NCBI GenBank assembly: GCA_003693705.1 | Contig: RBZT01000348.1 | Coordinates: forward strand, 1-64,000 | Reading direction: 5' to 3' | From: Polymyxa betae A26-41 | Taxonomy: Eukaryota > Protista > Endomyxa: Phytomyxea | Length of the DNA: 64,000 nucleotides | Shown here: positions 11,888 to 25,821 of the stretch, piece after piece | How the letters are laid out: each line of letters begins with the position of its first letter | Numbering within the stretch: position 1 is the stretch's first letter | Notes under the pieces: generated by a model | Seen by the model: only the letters and a program-made list of their open reading frames with translations | Told to the model about the DNA's origin: nothing | Databases searched by the model: none | Position numbers and translations under genes: made by a program

Positions 11888-14030
11888 ATGTCCTCATTGG
11901 ATAACCTAATCCCTGTTATTAACAAGCTCCAGGATGTCTTCTCTGCAACTGGGTCGTCGCCTATCGATCTTCCCCAGATTGTTGTCATCGGCTCCCAATC
12001 ATCCGGGAAATCATCAGTCTTAGAGAATGTTGTGGGACGTGACTTTCTTCCTAGAGGGAGTGGAATCGTGACAAGACGTCCACTGGTGCTGCAGCTCGTC
12101 AATACAAGCAATGATATTCCCTTGAAAGGTCATGAAAACGATTCACAGGAATGGGGAGAGTTCCTACACTTGAAAGATGTCAAATTCACATCTTTCGAAA
12201 AGATGAGAGCAGAGATCGTTTCCGAAACAGAAAGATTAACTGGGAAGAACAAAGGCATTAGCGACACAAGCATCAATCTAAAAGTTTATTCACCTCGATT
12301 CTTGAATTTAACTTTAGTTGATTTACCCGGTATCACCAAAGTTCCAGTTGGCGATCAGCCAACTGATATTGAAAATCAGATCAAGGCCATGATTATGAGA
12401 TTCATCTCAAATCCTCGTGCCATTATACTCGCTGTCACTGCAGCCAATACCGATCTGGCAAATTCAGACGCATTGAAGCTCGCCAGAGAGGTGGATCCTG
12501 ACTGCAATCGAACTATTGGAGTTATCACCAAAATCGATTTAATGGATCGAGGAACAAATGCTTTAGATGCGCTCTTGGGAAAGGTCATTCCTTTGAAATT
12601 GGGGTTCATTGGAGTTATCAACAGAAGTCAAGAGGACATCAACAACAATACCACCATCGATTCTGCTTTATCTGCTGAAATGAAATTCTTCCAGACCCAT
12701 CCTGCTTATAGAGCCATTTCATCTCGTCTGGGAACCGGTTATCTAACCAAAACGCTAAATTCGATTCTGATCAACCATATTCGTGAATGTTTGCCTGAAC
12801 TTCGACACAAAATTCACACAATGCTTCAGGAATCCCAATCTGAGATGTATTCATATGGCGAGCCAATTTATCAGACTAAAGCCGGACAGGGAGCTCTTCT
12901 GCTCAACCTCCTAAGCAAATTTTCCAATGCCTATACTAATGCAATTGATGGAAAATCAGATGATGTTTCTGTATCCGAACTCTATGGTGGAGCTCGAATT
13001 TCTTACATCTTCCATCATTCTTTTGATCGTGGATTAAAGAGCATCCATCCTTTCGATGGCCTCGATGATCAAGATATTCGAACTGCAATTCGAAACGCGA
13101 CAGGCCCACGACCATCTCTGTTCGTTCCGGAAGTGTCGTTTGAACTCCTGGTTAAACGGCAGATTTCCCGGCTTGAGGATCCGTCTATTCAGTGTGTTGA
13201 TTTAGCTTTCCGTGAGCTGCTTCGTGTTGCAGAACAATGTGAATCCACTACCAACGAATTGGTTCGTTTTCAGACTTTACGAGAACGCATTCAAGTTGTC
13301 GTACATGATCTGCTTAGACGATGCTTGAAACCCACCAAAGATATGATTAAGAACCTTGTCAATTGCGAGCTTGCTTATATCAACACAAATCATCCTGATT
13401 TCATTGGAGGCAGTCAGGCAGTTGCAGAGACCATGGATTTCATTCAAAAATCCAAAACAGGTGAAAAGGATCGCGATGATCGTAGAGCCGCGGGATCATT
13501 ATCAGAACCTAAGCCGAAACCTACCCCAAAGCAGTCCGATGCCGATTCCAGCGGTGGCATGTTTAGCTTCTTCCGAAAAGATAAACCTGGGAGTCCCGGT
13601 CAAACTAATCAACCTACTGTGCTCATGGAGTCTTTGGATGAAGTTCCTCGATCCATTGCATCTACCGACGACCCAACCGATCGTGAACAAATTGAGACAC
13701 AGATTATCAGTAAGCCATTCTGTTTTGCATCTCATGTCTCTTCTAAACCTGACTCTAGAATCTCTGATACAATCTTACTTCAATATTGTTCGAACCAATA
13801 TTCAAGATGTCGTTCCTAAAACAATCATGTGCTTTTTGGTGAGAAAGTCCCAAGCCGAAGTACAATCCGAGCTTGTCAGCATTCTCTACAAGGATGAACT
13901 ATTCGCCGAATTATTGGAGGAGAACCCTGATATCGCTTTGAAGCGAGAGTCATGTGCTGAATTGCTCACTGTTCTTCGTCGTGCGATGGATATCATTAAT
14001 GAGGTGCGAGATTTTAATATTCACAAGTAG
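11888..14030 (+). CDS. DNM1L: Dynamin-related GTPase of Dnm1/Drp1/DRP3 type; one intron 13710-13758
   Basis: LPQIVVIGSQSSGKSS, DFLPRGSGIVTRRP, DLPG, TKID, ELYGGARI, RNATGPRPSLFVPE, AYINTNHPDF; GED SYFNIVRTNIQDVVPK after splicing. No PH/PRD domain. Confidence 0.93.
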
Positions 14031-14250
14031 CGTTACAAAATGCATATTGTAAAAAGACCTCCTAAGCAGAAAATAAAGATATATGCTCTCGCGATATAAA
14101 CTATTATGCTTCTAAAAGCACAATATGATTATGTTCACCGATAGGCCATAGTACTACAATACATACACCATTAAATAACCTATGCTAAGATAAGTTAGTG
14201 ATGAATAAACACCGGTGTTGTTAGGTGTTGATCCACTATCACAATTTATC

Positions 14251-14888
14251 ATGACGCGTCCCAATACCCGATCTCAAAGCAAATCTGCAGTTGCTTCCAA
14301 AGATACCGACAATGAAGCTGATCAGCGTCCTAAGAAAACCATAACCAAGAACGAATCTTCCAAGGCGAAAGTCGCCGAATCTTCCAACTCTGTTTTAGAA
14401 GTTGGCAGTGCTGTTCCTGATCATAAACTATTGAACAGTGATGGTGAAGAAGTATCTATCTTGGATTTATGCAAGGATTCTGCTATTGTTGTTTTCATGT
14501 ACCCGAAAGCCAACACTCCTGGGTGTACAAAGCAAGCTTGTGGGTTTCGCGATGAATCTGAGAAATTTTCATCTCTTGGCTACCAAATTTTCGGATTGTA
14601 GGTACTTTCATATGAACGCATATTCAAAATCTTGATGTTTTTGTATGCAGATCTGCCGATTCCCCCGCAGCGCTGGCGAAATGGAAAGAAAAGTACAACT
14701 TATCATATCAATTATTGTCGGATCAATCGCGCTCTCTCATCAAGGACTTCGGTGCCTTGAAACTTCCTAACAGCACACGACGATCGCATGTGATTATCGA
14801 CAAAGGCGGCGTCATTAAAGCAATCGAATTGGACGTTTCTCCTTTAGAAAGTATCGAAAAAGCTCTTGCATTCGTCGATAAGGAATGA
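14251..14888 (+). CDS. Peroxiredoxin Q/BCP (Dot5-like) with basic N-terminal extension; one intron
   Basis: YPKANTPGCTKQACGFRD active-site motif; exon 2 SADSP..WKEKYNLSYQLLSD..RSHVIIDKGG. Confidence 0.92.
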
Positions 14889-15164
14889 AGGCGAAAACAT
14901 CCCCTGTCATTGTCTAATTTGACCACATAAACAACTGGACTACCATTAATTTAAGCACATTTTTAATAACTCGATTTTGAAGTTAACAGTTTCCTCTGTA
15001 CCTAAAGAGAGAAGCAAGCCAAATGTTGAGAAATGAAACGTTAATTATAGATGATGACAGAATTGAGAGCGATTGTATGTAAGGGGTTGCACCCTGCCTC
15101 TCTCAGTGTCACAACACAACAAACAACATTTGACATTTCACCATTGCCTTTCGAGGCATCTATC

Positions 15165-18100
15165 ATGAGGCGTGCTTCGCCTACTCCATCTCCTGTTGCG
15201 AATGCTAATAAGCCGATCTTGCCTCCACCTATTGTACAAACAGAACCTCCACATAATAGATTCGCTGCTGATTTTGTGCCGGCTGCTCCAGAGCATGCTG
15301 GCGTTTTCGTCAAATTAGCATTAGAAGAATTGGTTAAACCTCGTACCAAATTAGTATCACAACCGAATAACCCATTCAGCTCAGTCTCCGTACCTGACAC
15401 CAATCATCATCATCCGATAGACGACGACTATCGAAAACCCGTTTCTGCTTCTGCACCAAATCCAAGTCCATCACCAACAAGACCTGCGTTAGCAGATGTA
15501 TTCTCTCGAGCGCCTTCAGATCCGCCTAATCAGAAGGACAAAAAGACCGCTATCTCCCCTTCCCTGGCTGACGATTACAAAGGCAGTAGCGAGCTGCACA
15601 CACTGGACCCTACTGAACTTCGACGAGATAATCTATACGCTGCCCATGAAATCGTAGAATCCTGTAAAGATGGAAAGCATGTCCATAGCCAATCCTCATC
15701 GACGTTGTTGCGATACGATCCTGATTGGCAATTTCCAGAGCCGCTCGAGATAACCGATTGTTCAAGAAAAGCAGTCAATATCTGGAGCAGCTCCCAACAA
15801 TCGCACACACAAGTTCTTTGTTTGATCCAACGCCTCACAATGTGCATCGGAGACTTAGAGCCATTTTTCTGCTCATTAGCTGTTTATGACCTAAGACAAA
15901 ATGCTGGAAAAATTTCAGAAATTTTTTATTTCGATCTCAACAGTGACGAGGTGAAAACTTACCAGCTGTTGATAGAATCTCTCATTTTAATGCCTGGCTT
16001 ATTTAGGTGCTAACGTCCGGTTTGTCAGTATGGAGGTTGGCCGCTGATGAGGTGACGCTTTGTCGAAATGCAATTTTTACCATTCCAGATCGTCATCCAC
16101 TTGTGGTCTTAGTATTGAGAATCGAGCGCATTCTCCAGGGAGATCCAGATGAAGCATTCGAGCCTTACCTAAAAGAAAAAGGCGTTAGTAAGCTCGGGTT
16201 TGGGACTTAGGCTCTACAATGAATACTTTTCAGCGTCCAGTAAACGAAATGGACAAAATTAGCAAGCGCGTTCGAGCCACAATCAACCGCCTTTCTGATT
16301 ATAGACAAAGCTTTGGCGTTGCCTTAATACCTTTATTCTCTGAAACTGGGGAATTGCTTAATGACATTCCAACTTTTACGACCAATAAGATATTTATCGA
16401 AAGGCAAGCTTCTGATGATCCCGCATTTCTCGACCAGCTTCGAGAATATCATTCGGTCTTGAATGACCATCCAATTAATCTCAAAAAAAAGGTATTGTTC
16501 AAAATTGTTTTTTTAGCTATTAACGTCATGTATCAGATCATTCCCAATACAGAATTTGCATTCGAATGTTATCTTTTGGATAATCAAGCTTTACCAAATA
16601 ATCGAGTTGATCCCAGCTTAATTCCCCTAAAGCCACCTGCTGTAGTTCTTGATAAATCTGTCAAAGGTACAAACACTCATTAATATATTGCTAAAGATGA
16701 TTCTCCTTATGAAAGTACAGGCCCGGTTAGAGAAGTTCAGTATTTGCCCTTACCCACTGAACCCGTAACAACGCCTTTTGATTACTTTGTCAACTCACTA
16801 TATATCTATCCATTACATGTCCAATTCCAGGTATATACATAAGTAATTGCATTGATAATTTAGCCCAGCTGATTCCATGTAGAAATATCGTAATATCGCG
16901 TGCAAAATCGAGCTTCGATTGTCGGATGCCTCTGTTGATTCTGATGGTTTAAAAACATTCTTTGGAAAATCATCCCAAGTAAGCTGGGCTGTTAGCTTTG
17001 TTTGATCGATTACGGATTTGTTGGCAGGGTGCATTCGTTTCCTCTCAAATTACTCAAGTAGCTTATCATAACAAGAGTCCTTGGATGCAGGACGAGATGA
17101 AGGTTTGTTGACAATGCGTTTTACTTCTCGTATCGGAACTTACATTGAACGTCGATAGCTAATGCTCCCTCTCAGTATGTCTGAATCCATTCATTTGTTT
17201 TTCACATTTTATCACATTTCTTGCCAGAAGAAAGTGTAAGTCTGTCTCAGCCACTTGATAAATCATTCTTAACCAGCTATTTCAGTGGAAAGCCAACCGA
17301 AGAGGTGATTGGCTATTCAATATTCCCCTTATTTAAATCCAGCATGCTTGTACCTGATGGCATCTACAACTTAGCAATTGCATCCCGATTACCTGATTAC
17401 TACATCTCGAAATTCGAAGCTCGTGCGGAGGACGCTAATATTTCGTTCCGAATGCAGACTGCCGAATGTTTTCAGATTAGAATACGGTCTCTCTCTTCTT
17501 TATTCTGCACGGACCCCCAATTGAATACGTTCACTGCTACTCTGCCTTCTCCTAAATCAACATTCGATAATGACGATCTGGGCGCTCCATTTTTCGACCA
17601 GTGCTTGGATTCATTGCGGGCTGCATCATCAGCCAGTATCGTTCAATATCTTCCTACTGTCATGACGTTACTATTTTCGGTAATGTCTGAAGCTCAATCT
17701 ACTCGACTGCAATATACGTGTTTCCGTGCATTAGACTTGGTTGCATCTCATGTTCACCATCACATTGATGACGGATCATTTCGATCTGATCTCATTACAG
17801 CATTCGTCCAAAATCGTCTAACTGACAGTTGCGGCTCACTAAGATGTGCACAGATGCTGCAAAGAGCTCTGCATCATTTAGTACGTGAAATTGTCTCAAG
17901 TGTTCGGCTGTTAAATGTCCATCCAGGAATCTGAAAGCAACGATCCTAATCGCCAGCTTGTGATTAGAAATATATGGTTTTGGCTTGATTGCTTCATTCG
18001 GATAGCATCCCTGGAATCAATGCGGGGCACTTTCCGTGTTCAGGAAATACATCCTCTGTTATCTGATATCTTAGAAATGTTAGCTGGCCGTATGCCTTAT

Positions 18101-21100
18101 CATCGATCCGTAAGTTCAATGAAATTTTCATTCACACGAACTAATTGTCGCTTAGCCTTTGGGAGTATCTGCATTACGCATTGCTAATTCTTGCATCGCT
18201 TTGTTCTTGACTGATCTGCTTTCAGTTATGGATAAGCAATTGGTAAACAATCTGTTTCCTTTTCCTCATATAAATTGCTCAATTGATGCAGGTATTCGCT
18301 TTAACAGCTCATTATTTTGAATCAATAGATGGTACTCACGACTCAGTCCTGCTTGAATTTAAGATGCGTTTTATCGAAATCGTGTTTGACTGTGCAGCAT
18401 TTCCGATTGTTGCTGGAATTAAGTCGCATGAATGTCCTGGTCCGCTTCCGATTAATGAGATCATGTCGCGATATCCTTTGCAAGCTTTACTGATACGGTT
18501 CGTTGAAACGCATTGTGATTTCCAGGAACGATCCATTAGAGGAATTCTGATCAAGTCGTTTCGAAAAATTTGCACTAAACTGGACCGAGATAGCACCTTA
18601 TCACCGGGCGACCGTAGATGTCTCTCTAGTGAGTAAAGAGTAATTCCCGGATGCAATCTGTAACCATTTTGCAGCGTCTTTTTTACCTTTATTACAAGCT
18701 ATGGGTGACAGGGTGTCTGTTGTTAAAAATATGGCCGTTAAGCAACGTCGCGATCTTGATTCAGTTCTTATCTGGATAATTGGCTCTGGCGATGAACGAC
18801 AACTGTCTCACTGGTTTGCTCCTCACAAATACATTCAATCTAGTTTTAATTAGGCTTCAGGATCCGTCAGGAAGATTCGGACGTTTTACAGGGTCTGAAC
18901 CAATTGTTATGTCTAGCATTGGAAGACTTTAATTATACTGGAATGGCGAAATGGTCGTCTCAAGCCGAGTTTGATGCGATTATCGCTCCAGAATCCTGCT
19001 CATCTTTATTTGGTATTGAAGCTGGCGAAGTGGCTGTTGATTTAAAAACCAATATTGAGCAAATGATGGGAACCTTGGTTCGTGGCGTTGCTGGACCTGG
19101 TTTAAATGTGCCGTCAAGTCGATCAACAGTTGGCTCATACTCCTCGCCTCATAGGAGTAGTACAACGTCATCTAACACGCCAAATGGCAGCGTGAAGTTG
19201 AGTTTAAGACAAAAGCGGGCACAAATGGCAGCTCAAGGATCTATTAGACGCACCATGGATAAATCTGGGGCCAAATTCCTGGAAACAGTCAATAACAATG
19301 AGGTTGGAATCTTATCGGTCAACTATATATCGAAGTAATCTCGTGAGTTGCAGGGGCTCGATATCACCAAACGTATCTGCAATCTTGAGTCGGCATTAAC
19401 GGAATCCGTTGGAGCTACTTGCCTTCGGTGGCTAATTCTGTATATTGAAGTCCAATGGTTAGATGATGTTTCTCAGACAGACATTTCATCAAGCGATCTT
19501 GCGTCTGGACCATGTGATCGTATAATCCAGCTTATATCAACTTTGCTTCTCACCCAACAGCCAGTCCATGTCCATCTTGCCGTCTATCCCCTATTGCGAT
19601 ATCTGCTTTATGCTCATGGGCAAGTTATATTGCGATGTCCAAGTTTCTGTGAGCTCACCAAAAAAGTGCTAATTCACTGTACTTCATCATCTGTCGATAT
19701 CAGAGCTTCTGCTGCTTCGATGCTATACTGGATTGCCGGGGCAGACTTGGCAGCTAATTGCTGTCTGGATATTTTTCTGTCGACAATTACTGAGTCGCTG
19801 TCAAGTATGGTTGAAATTATGTCGAACGAGAGCGCGCAAAGGCTGTCGCAAGTCTTTCGATCAGTACCATCCTCTGCGATCCCGGGTCTGGATGATGTGA
19901 TTAATCAAATCTTGAATATATTGGCTGACACAAGAGAGGTTGCTCGCCAAGAATATTTACTTGAACAAAATGCTGCCGACGCTGCTGTGTTTGAAGACCT
20001 CTTGCTTAATATGGCTCAAGCTTATAATCATCTACCATCCATTCGCATTCAATGGTTACAACGACTGGCGAATCATTGCAACAAATACTCCAAATTTGCT
20101 GAAGCGGCCCAAACAATGCTGACTATAACTTCAATGATTATTCACTTGTTCGCAAACGTAAAATCAGCTGAGCCTGTAACAGATTCGGTTCTTTGCATCA
20201 ACCGCGATACTATAATTGGTCTGATTTATGGCTGGGAAAACGAGGAGGCGATCAAGCATTCATCAAGACCTCGATTGAATCTGCAAAAGCTCAAGTCCGA
20301 TCAAATTAACGTCACCTTATATGACCGCCTTGTTAAACTGCTGTTGGGAATTTGTCATGCGTTGGATTGTGCTCAGCTCTATGAACGATGCAATTTTATA
20401 TACAGAGGTGTGCTCCTGCCTATTATGGAAAGACATCAAGATTTCTCCGCTTTAAGCACTGCATACCTTCATCTGCACAGTGTTTTCTCACAATTAGTAT
20501 CTTCAACTTCTTCGGAATCCCGATTACTAGGATCATATTATCGCATCACTTTTTTAGGTGATTCTGCTGTCTTCGGTAATGATGCTTATCAAGAGCGACA
20601 ATATATCTACAAGATGCCGAAAATTACAAGATTGTATGTCTGATACTGAGCTCTGTTCTTGCGTGGCATTTATCCTTGCTGTAGGCCCGAAGTGGTTGAA
20701 TATATGAAATCGTCGTATTCACAGCAGCTGAAACCTGGTCAAGTCATTCGAATATGGCCAGATTCAGGTCCTATTGACAAATCTAAGGTTGTTGATAATG
20801 AGCAAGTCATTCAAGTCACATTCGTTATACCTTATGTCAATGATGCCAGACATTTTATTGATAGAAACTGTGATATTAAGAAGTTTGTTTTTTCGACTCC
20901 CTTTATTGCTGGCGATCCTGCAGGTAAGCCTGTGTTATCAGCTCTTCCGGCAGCTCCTTATTTACAATTACAGTTGCCCATTCGAGTGATATCACAAGGC
21001 AACAAAAGAGGAACATAATCTTGGAAGTGAAAGATCCGTTTCCAGCCATGGTTTCCAGACAGACAGTAATCGCGAGCCATGAAGTAAGCTTCTTTATTAT

Positions 21101-21803
21101 AGTCTGCACTTTCTCTCAGCAATGCTTTTGAGGTGATAATGTCTCCTGTGGAATCTGCAACAGAAAATGTTACGATGAGAACAGTAAAATTGAGAGAAGC
21201 TGTTCAAGACAAAGCGAATGTTGATAAGAAGGTTCTGTCCAGTCTATTACAGGTTAAAATTCAAGTTTGTTCGGTGTCTCTTAAAATATTGAGATAATGT
21301 GAAGGGATCCGTTATGCTTCAGGTTCATGGCGGTACCAAGGAAATTGCACTGGCTTTCTTTGGCCCAGAATCGCCATTCGCCGCTACCGTGGCTAATTCT
21401 GATGATAAGACGTTACTTGACAATCTAGAAATCCTGAAACAGTCCATCTTGGATTTTATGGATACTTGTGAGATGTGTATTGAGGTTTACGGATCCGTTA
21501 TCCAGACCGATGATAAACCGTCGCCAACTTCAGGTAGTAAGTAGTTTTGCACTGTTTGAAGGACCGGTTGTAGATCTGATGCGTTTTCCCAGCTGCTTCG
21601 TCAAATTCGGAGAGGATACTTCACGCCGAGTTCGACAAGCATTTAAGAAAGCTTAGGTACTGTCGTATAACCATGTTTTGCATTCGCAGACTAACCGTGG
21701 CATTCGTAGGGAAGAAATTCTTCCTGTAATAAAAAGTCCCAAGAATAAAGGGAAACGAGCAGTCCGATTCGAGGGCTCGCCGATCAAATCAGATGCTGAA
21801 TAA
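15165..21803 (+). CDS. DOCK-family (Dock-C/D-like) Rho GEF with DHR1 C2 and DHR2 domains, multi-exon
   Basis: EPFFCSLAVYD..KISE.FYFDLN, NSLYIYP, YHNKSP..DE.K, HLFFTFYHISCQK, AQAY.HLPSIRIQWLQRLA, RLLGSYYRITFLG, YIYKMPKITRL, IQVTFV.PY, FVFSTPF and LQGSVMLQVHGG. Confidence 0.93.
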
Positions 21804-21916
21804 GAAATGTTCAGTGATTCTTAATCTATTCAATGTAATATATGTTGTAGAAATGTATATCCCCACTGCTATGTTTACATAACGATCTGTAGCAATCATA
21901 GAATGTTATATTGCAC

Positions 21917-24059
21917 TTATATGACATTAGCTAGGTCATCTTTCTGTAACCAGCCCTGTACTTTTAAGAGCAAATCTTTTCTATATTCATTTCGTCGTGA
22001 TTCATGGTAGATCCGCTGCCAGCGTCTCCAATACTTTCTGATCTTAGGCCGAATTCCCATCCGCTGATATTCCTCATATCTCTGTTTCACAAACTGGCAC
22101 CATCGATGCACTGATAACCTTGCCTTGAGATTTTCAATCTCTTTCTCGATCTGCAACAAGGCAGATTTCCAGGTTCTGTATGCATGCCGGCAGGAAATGG
22201 ACCTGTACAACCACCGTATTTAGCATCAGAACCACGTATAAGAAGGTGTCCTGGAACCTATAGAAATGAAGAGCAATGGTTATTTGTTCCCGGCCAAGTT
22301 TCAGACGAGATCTCCACCATCTCGTATAACGTCGTATAATGTTATCCCTGAATCGGCAATGTGCTTGCTGATAACGACGACGTTGCAGCTCGATCAGAAT
22401 TCGCCATGGTCTCCATCCATAATCAATCAATAAAGCTTGATAATAATGCAAGCGTCCTAATTTCATTCTACATCGATATAATCTCACTACACATCTAATC
22501 AATGACATTATTCATAATAATCAAAAACGAACCTGCTTCTGATACTTGTGGCGTCCCCTTATTGCTATCGACATTCAGAGTTTGTACATTTTCTGTTGGG
22601 TTGGATGTGGCTTTGTTCTGAGCACAATCACCTTGTTGTCTGCTCTCGTCTGTAATTACATCCTTATCGCTGCTGGAAGCGTTTCCTGTTCGTTTCCTGT
22701 CTGAAAGTTCAGCATCTTTCAGCACGAGACGAGCAGGTTCGGTATTGGGATCATTATCAGGTCTGGAAATGAATTGTCTATGAGATCTTAAGAATCGTGT
22801 TGTTCTGGGACCTGATGGAGCTCTTGGGACTTGAGCGTCTGTTTTAGATTGAGCAGATAATATGGGTAGTTGAGGTGTAGATCTGCTGCTAATAGGAGAT
22901 CTACTGGTGGTAATAGCAGAGCGAACATGTTGCCCACGTACACAAATCTCTTTCAGCTTTAAATTAGGCACAGAGCTAGGACGTCGAACTTTAAGAGATG
23001 ATTTCAATTGTCGGCCACATTTAAGTAATGTGGGCTGAACGATCTCCCGGCGATAATGTCGCCATCTACGAAACATCTGATGGTAATATCAGCGACAAGC
23101 GTAACAGCAGCAGGAAATTCAAAAAAATAAGATTGGAGCAATAAAAACTTGATAATATAACAATTACTCCTATTAAAATGAGGCGGTTATGGGAAGAAAG
23201 GCGATGTTGACGTCGAGATGATGGATATGTTCTCCATTGACGTATTGCTCTAGATAAAGCTGTAGATCTGCTATATTCAATAAGTAATTGCAAATAATCA
23301 TGTTCCAAATCATGTTGGCTCTCTTGTTTGATTTCAACAATCGGCACTGGACATGATCTATTGACGATGATAGGAAGACTGATATTTGGATTGCTGTTTT
23401 CATCAACATTGGCATTATGGTGGTAACCATGATCTGATGAAAGCTGTATGCATGATTCGATAGCAGGCCGAGTATGAATTGAAAGTTGCCGAGGACGTAG
23501 CATCATGTCGATAAGCTGATGTCGACCAATCTGTTCTGCAGCAGATCCAGCTTGTTTTTCTGATTGTCGTCGAATATTCTAAGAGCAAATTAATGCTAGT
23601 AGCAGACATAGAGATTCAAATACCAATATCCATTCCTGATTTGTATCATGAGATTCTGTTAGTCGTTGTCTGATTTCTGTCATGTTGCATGAAGATCTCC
23701 ATTGATGACCACGTCCTAATCTGTGACGTATTTCCTCCTGAATATTCGCATGTAAGAAATGAACAGCCCATCAACACAATACGATACCCATCGCGATGCC
23801 GATTGCTTCCGTTCCATATCAGTACCATTGATGTCTGAACATTTTCGAAATTCAGTGACTGGCTGAACTCGGCATGTTCCCAAATCTCAATCATGAGCTC
23901 CAGTCCCAAAATATATTTATTAAAGTACAATTCTTGATTGAAAACAGGACGATTTCCCAGATATTCAATAATATCCGTACGCAACATATTTTCTGCTACA
24001 ACCACTTGGTCGGACTTGTTACAGGACTTGGCGGAAGCAGCACGTATAAGCATTATCAT
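21917..24059 (-). CDS. Coiled-coil protein with W/R-rich Sfi1-like repeats (CCDC191-like), multi-exon
   Basis: Repeated RAIRQWRTY, MFRRWRHY, YGWRPWR, RRYTRWWR, RHAYRTWK and RKYWRRWQ motifs. Exons join via GT-AG up to ORF 23646-24059; the start is uncertain. Confidence 0.6.
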
Positions 24060-24086
24060 CTGATTATCATTGAGTATATAGTTCTA

Positions 24087-25085
24087 ATGAGACAGCTAAG
24101 ATCTCGTCTACTCTATACATTAGTGCCTGGCTCATTGGCTGTATACTCATACAAGAGCACACCTTCATTGCCTGATTTACATCATGAAGATCAACCCATG
24201 GCCTATACATTCCCAGCTCTTCTTAGGTTCTGTCTGCATCGCTTCCCAGATCGTATGATGTCAAGGGTATTTGGTAGTTTGTCATCAATTCATATTCCTG
24301 AACCTTTACGATATCCATTATATGGTACTTGGGCTTGGGTTTTTAACTCAGATCTATCTGCATGTAAATATCCTTTACATACATATCAATCTTTACAAGA
24401 ATTCTTTACACGCCCATTATATAAGGATAGTCGTCCTATATCACAAACTGATATAATATCACCATCTGATGGTGTTATTACAGTATTTGGTCGCGTATCT
24501 CCACAAGGACGTCTAGATCAAGTTAAAGGTGTCTCATACAGATTATCATCATTTCTGAGATGTCAACCACAACCTGTATCAGAACATAATAATCTGTATT
24601 ATGCTGTTATATATCTAGGTCCTGGTGATTATCATCGTATACATTCTCCATCTGAATGGACATTATGTAATCGTGCACATATACCTGGCGATTTATTTCC
24701 TGTTAATCCATCTATTGTTAAATATGTCCCTGCATTGTTCTCTCTTAATGAAAGAGTTGTACTAACTGGCAACTGGCGTCATGGATTCTTCTCTTTAACA
24801 GCTGTTGGTGCCTATAATGTCGGCTCTATCTATTTCAATTTCGATTCGGATCTACAGACCAATAGTGACAAGTTTCCGGCTTCTGTTGACAGCAACGGGA
24901 AGGCGACCGTATACAGTAAGAATCTGGGAAGTTTTCCAGCTCAATCTGGTGATGAACTTGGAAGATTTATGCTGGGTTCTACTGTAGTATTGGTCTGGGA
25001 AGCACCTAATTTCGAGTTCTCTGTTAAGACTGGACAACTTGTAAAAATGGGACAAGAATTAGGATCTACCATTACAACAATCTGA
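24087..25085 (+). CDS. PSD1: Phosphatidylserine decarboxylase proenzyme (mitochondrial type), intronless
   Basis: FFTR, ISPSDG, QVKGVSY, YLGPGDYHRIHSP, NERVVLTG, VGAYNVGSI and the self-cleavage motif FMLGSTVVL. Confidence 0.95.
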   Translation: MRQLRSRLLYTLVPGSLAVYSYKSTPSLPDLHHEDQPMAYTFPALLRFCLHRFPDRMMSRVFGSLSSIHIPEPLRYPLYGTWAWVFNSDLSACKYPLHTYQSLQEFFTRPLYKDSRPISQTDIISPSDGVITVFGRVSPQGRLDQVKGVSYRLSSFLRCQPQPVSEHNNLYYAVIYLGPGDYHRIHSPSEWTLCNRAHIPGDLFPVNPSIVKYVPALFSLNERVVLTGNWRHGFFSLTAVGAYNVGSIYFNFDSDLQTNSDKFPASVDSNGKATVYSKNLGSFPAQSGDELGRFMLGSTVVLVWEAPNFEFSVKTGQLVKMGQELGSTITTI

Positions 25086-25821
25086 TATATCTTCTGCATG
25101 ATTGGGATTGTGCAATTACCGCAGCTCTCCAACAGCAATCCCATCCAAAGAACCTGGCATCCTTAACATTCTCATTGTACTCAACTTGAAGCATCTCTCC
25201 TGACACCATTTGATTGCTCAAGCTTAATGACCCCAATGCTTGAATAGAAGTCCACTGCTTCTCTCACTGTAATAATACTCGTAATTAGATAAATGTCCTG
25301 ACTAACCCCATTTGACAAAACGCACATTGTTTAATCGTAGCTATGCTTTCTTGGGTTATGCAGAAACAAGGTGAAACATTATTGTGTAAATGATTAAGGC
25401 ACCTGCTGGCATATCTACCTGCCTTAAATTGTAGGTATAATGCAAAGAGAAACAGAATATCAAATGCAATTGAAAGGGTTAAAAGAAGTGAGATGAGGCC
25501 GCGCCGGTCTGACCTGCCTGTCTTTACACGATTTTGATGTTACATGCTGAGGTGTGCTCATAGACCTGCCTTCAGTGCTTCTCTGCCTCTCTTGCTTACT
25601 CTCTCTCCATTATACAATCACATCTCTGTATCATCTTACCAATCAATAACCTTACTACCAGATTATGCCTTTAACAAGTTAGTCGCCGGCTCTCTATAGG
25701 CTCAGATCGGCATCCTGATTCACGTCTAGGGTTGTAGCTGGCAAGCGATTGTTGATTGGGTACCCTTCGTGCATTCTTGCAAGGTCTATCTGGGCTTCCC
25801 GTCACGGTCATCAATCAAATC

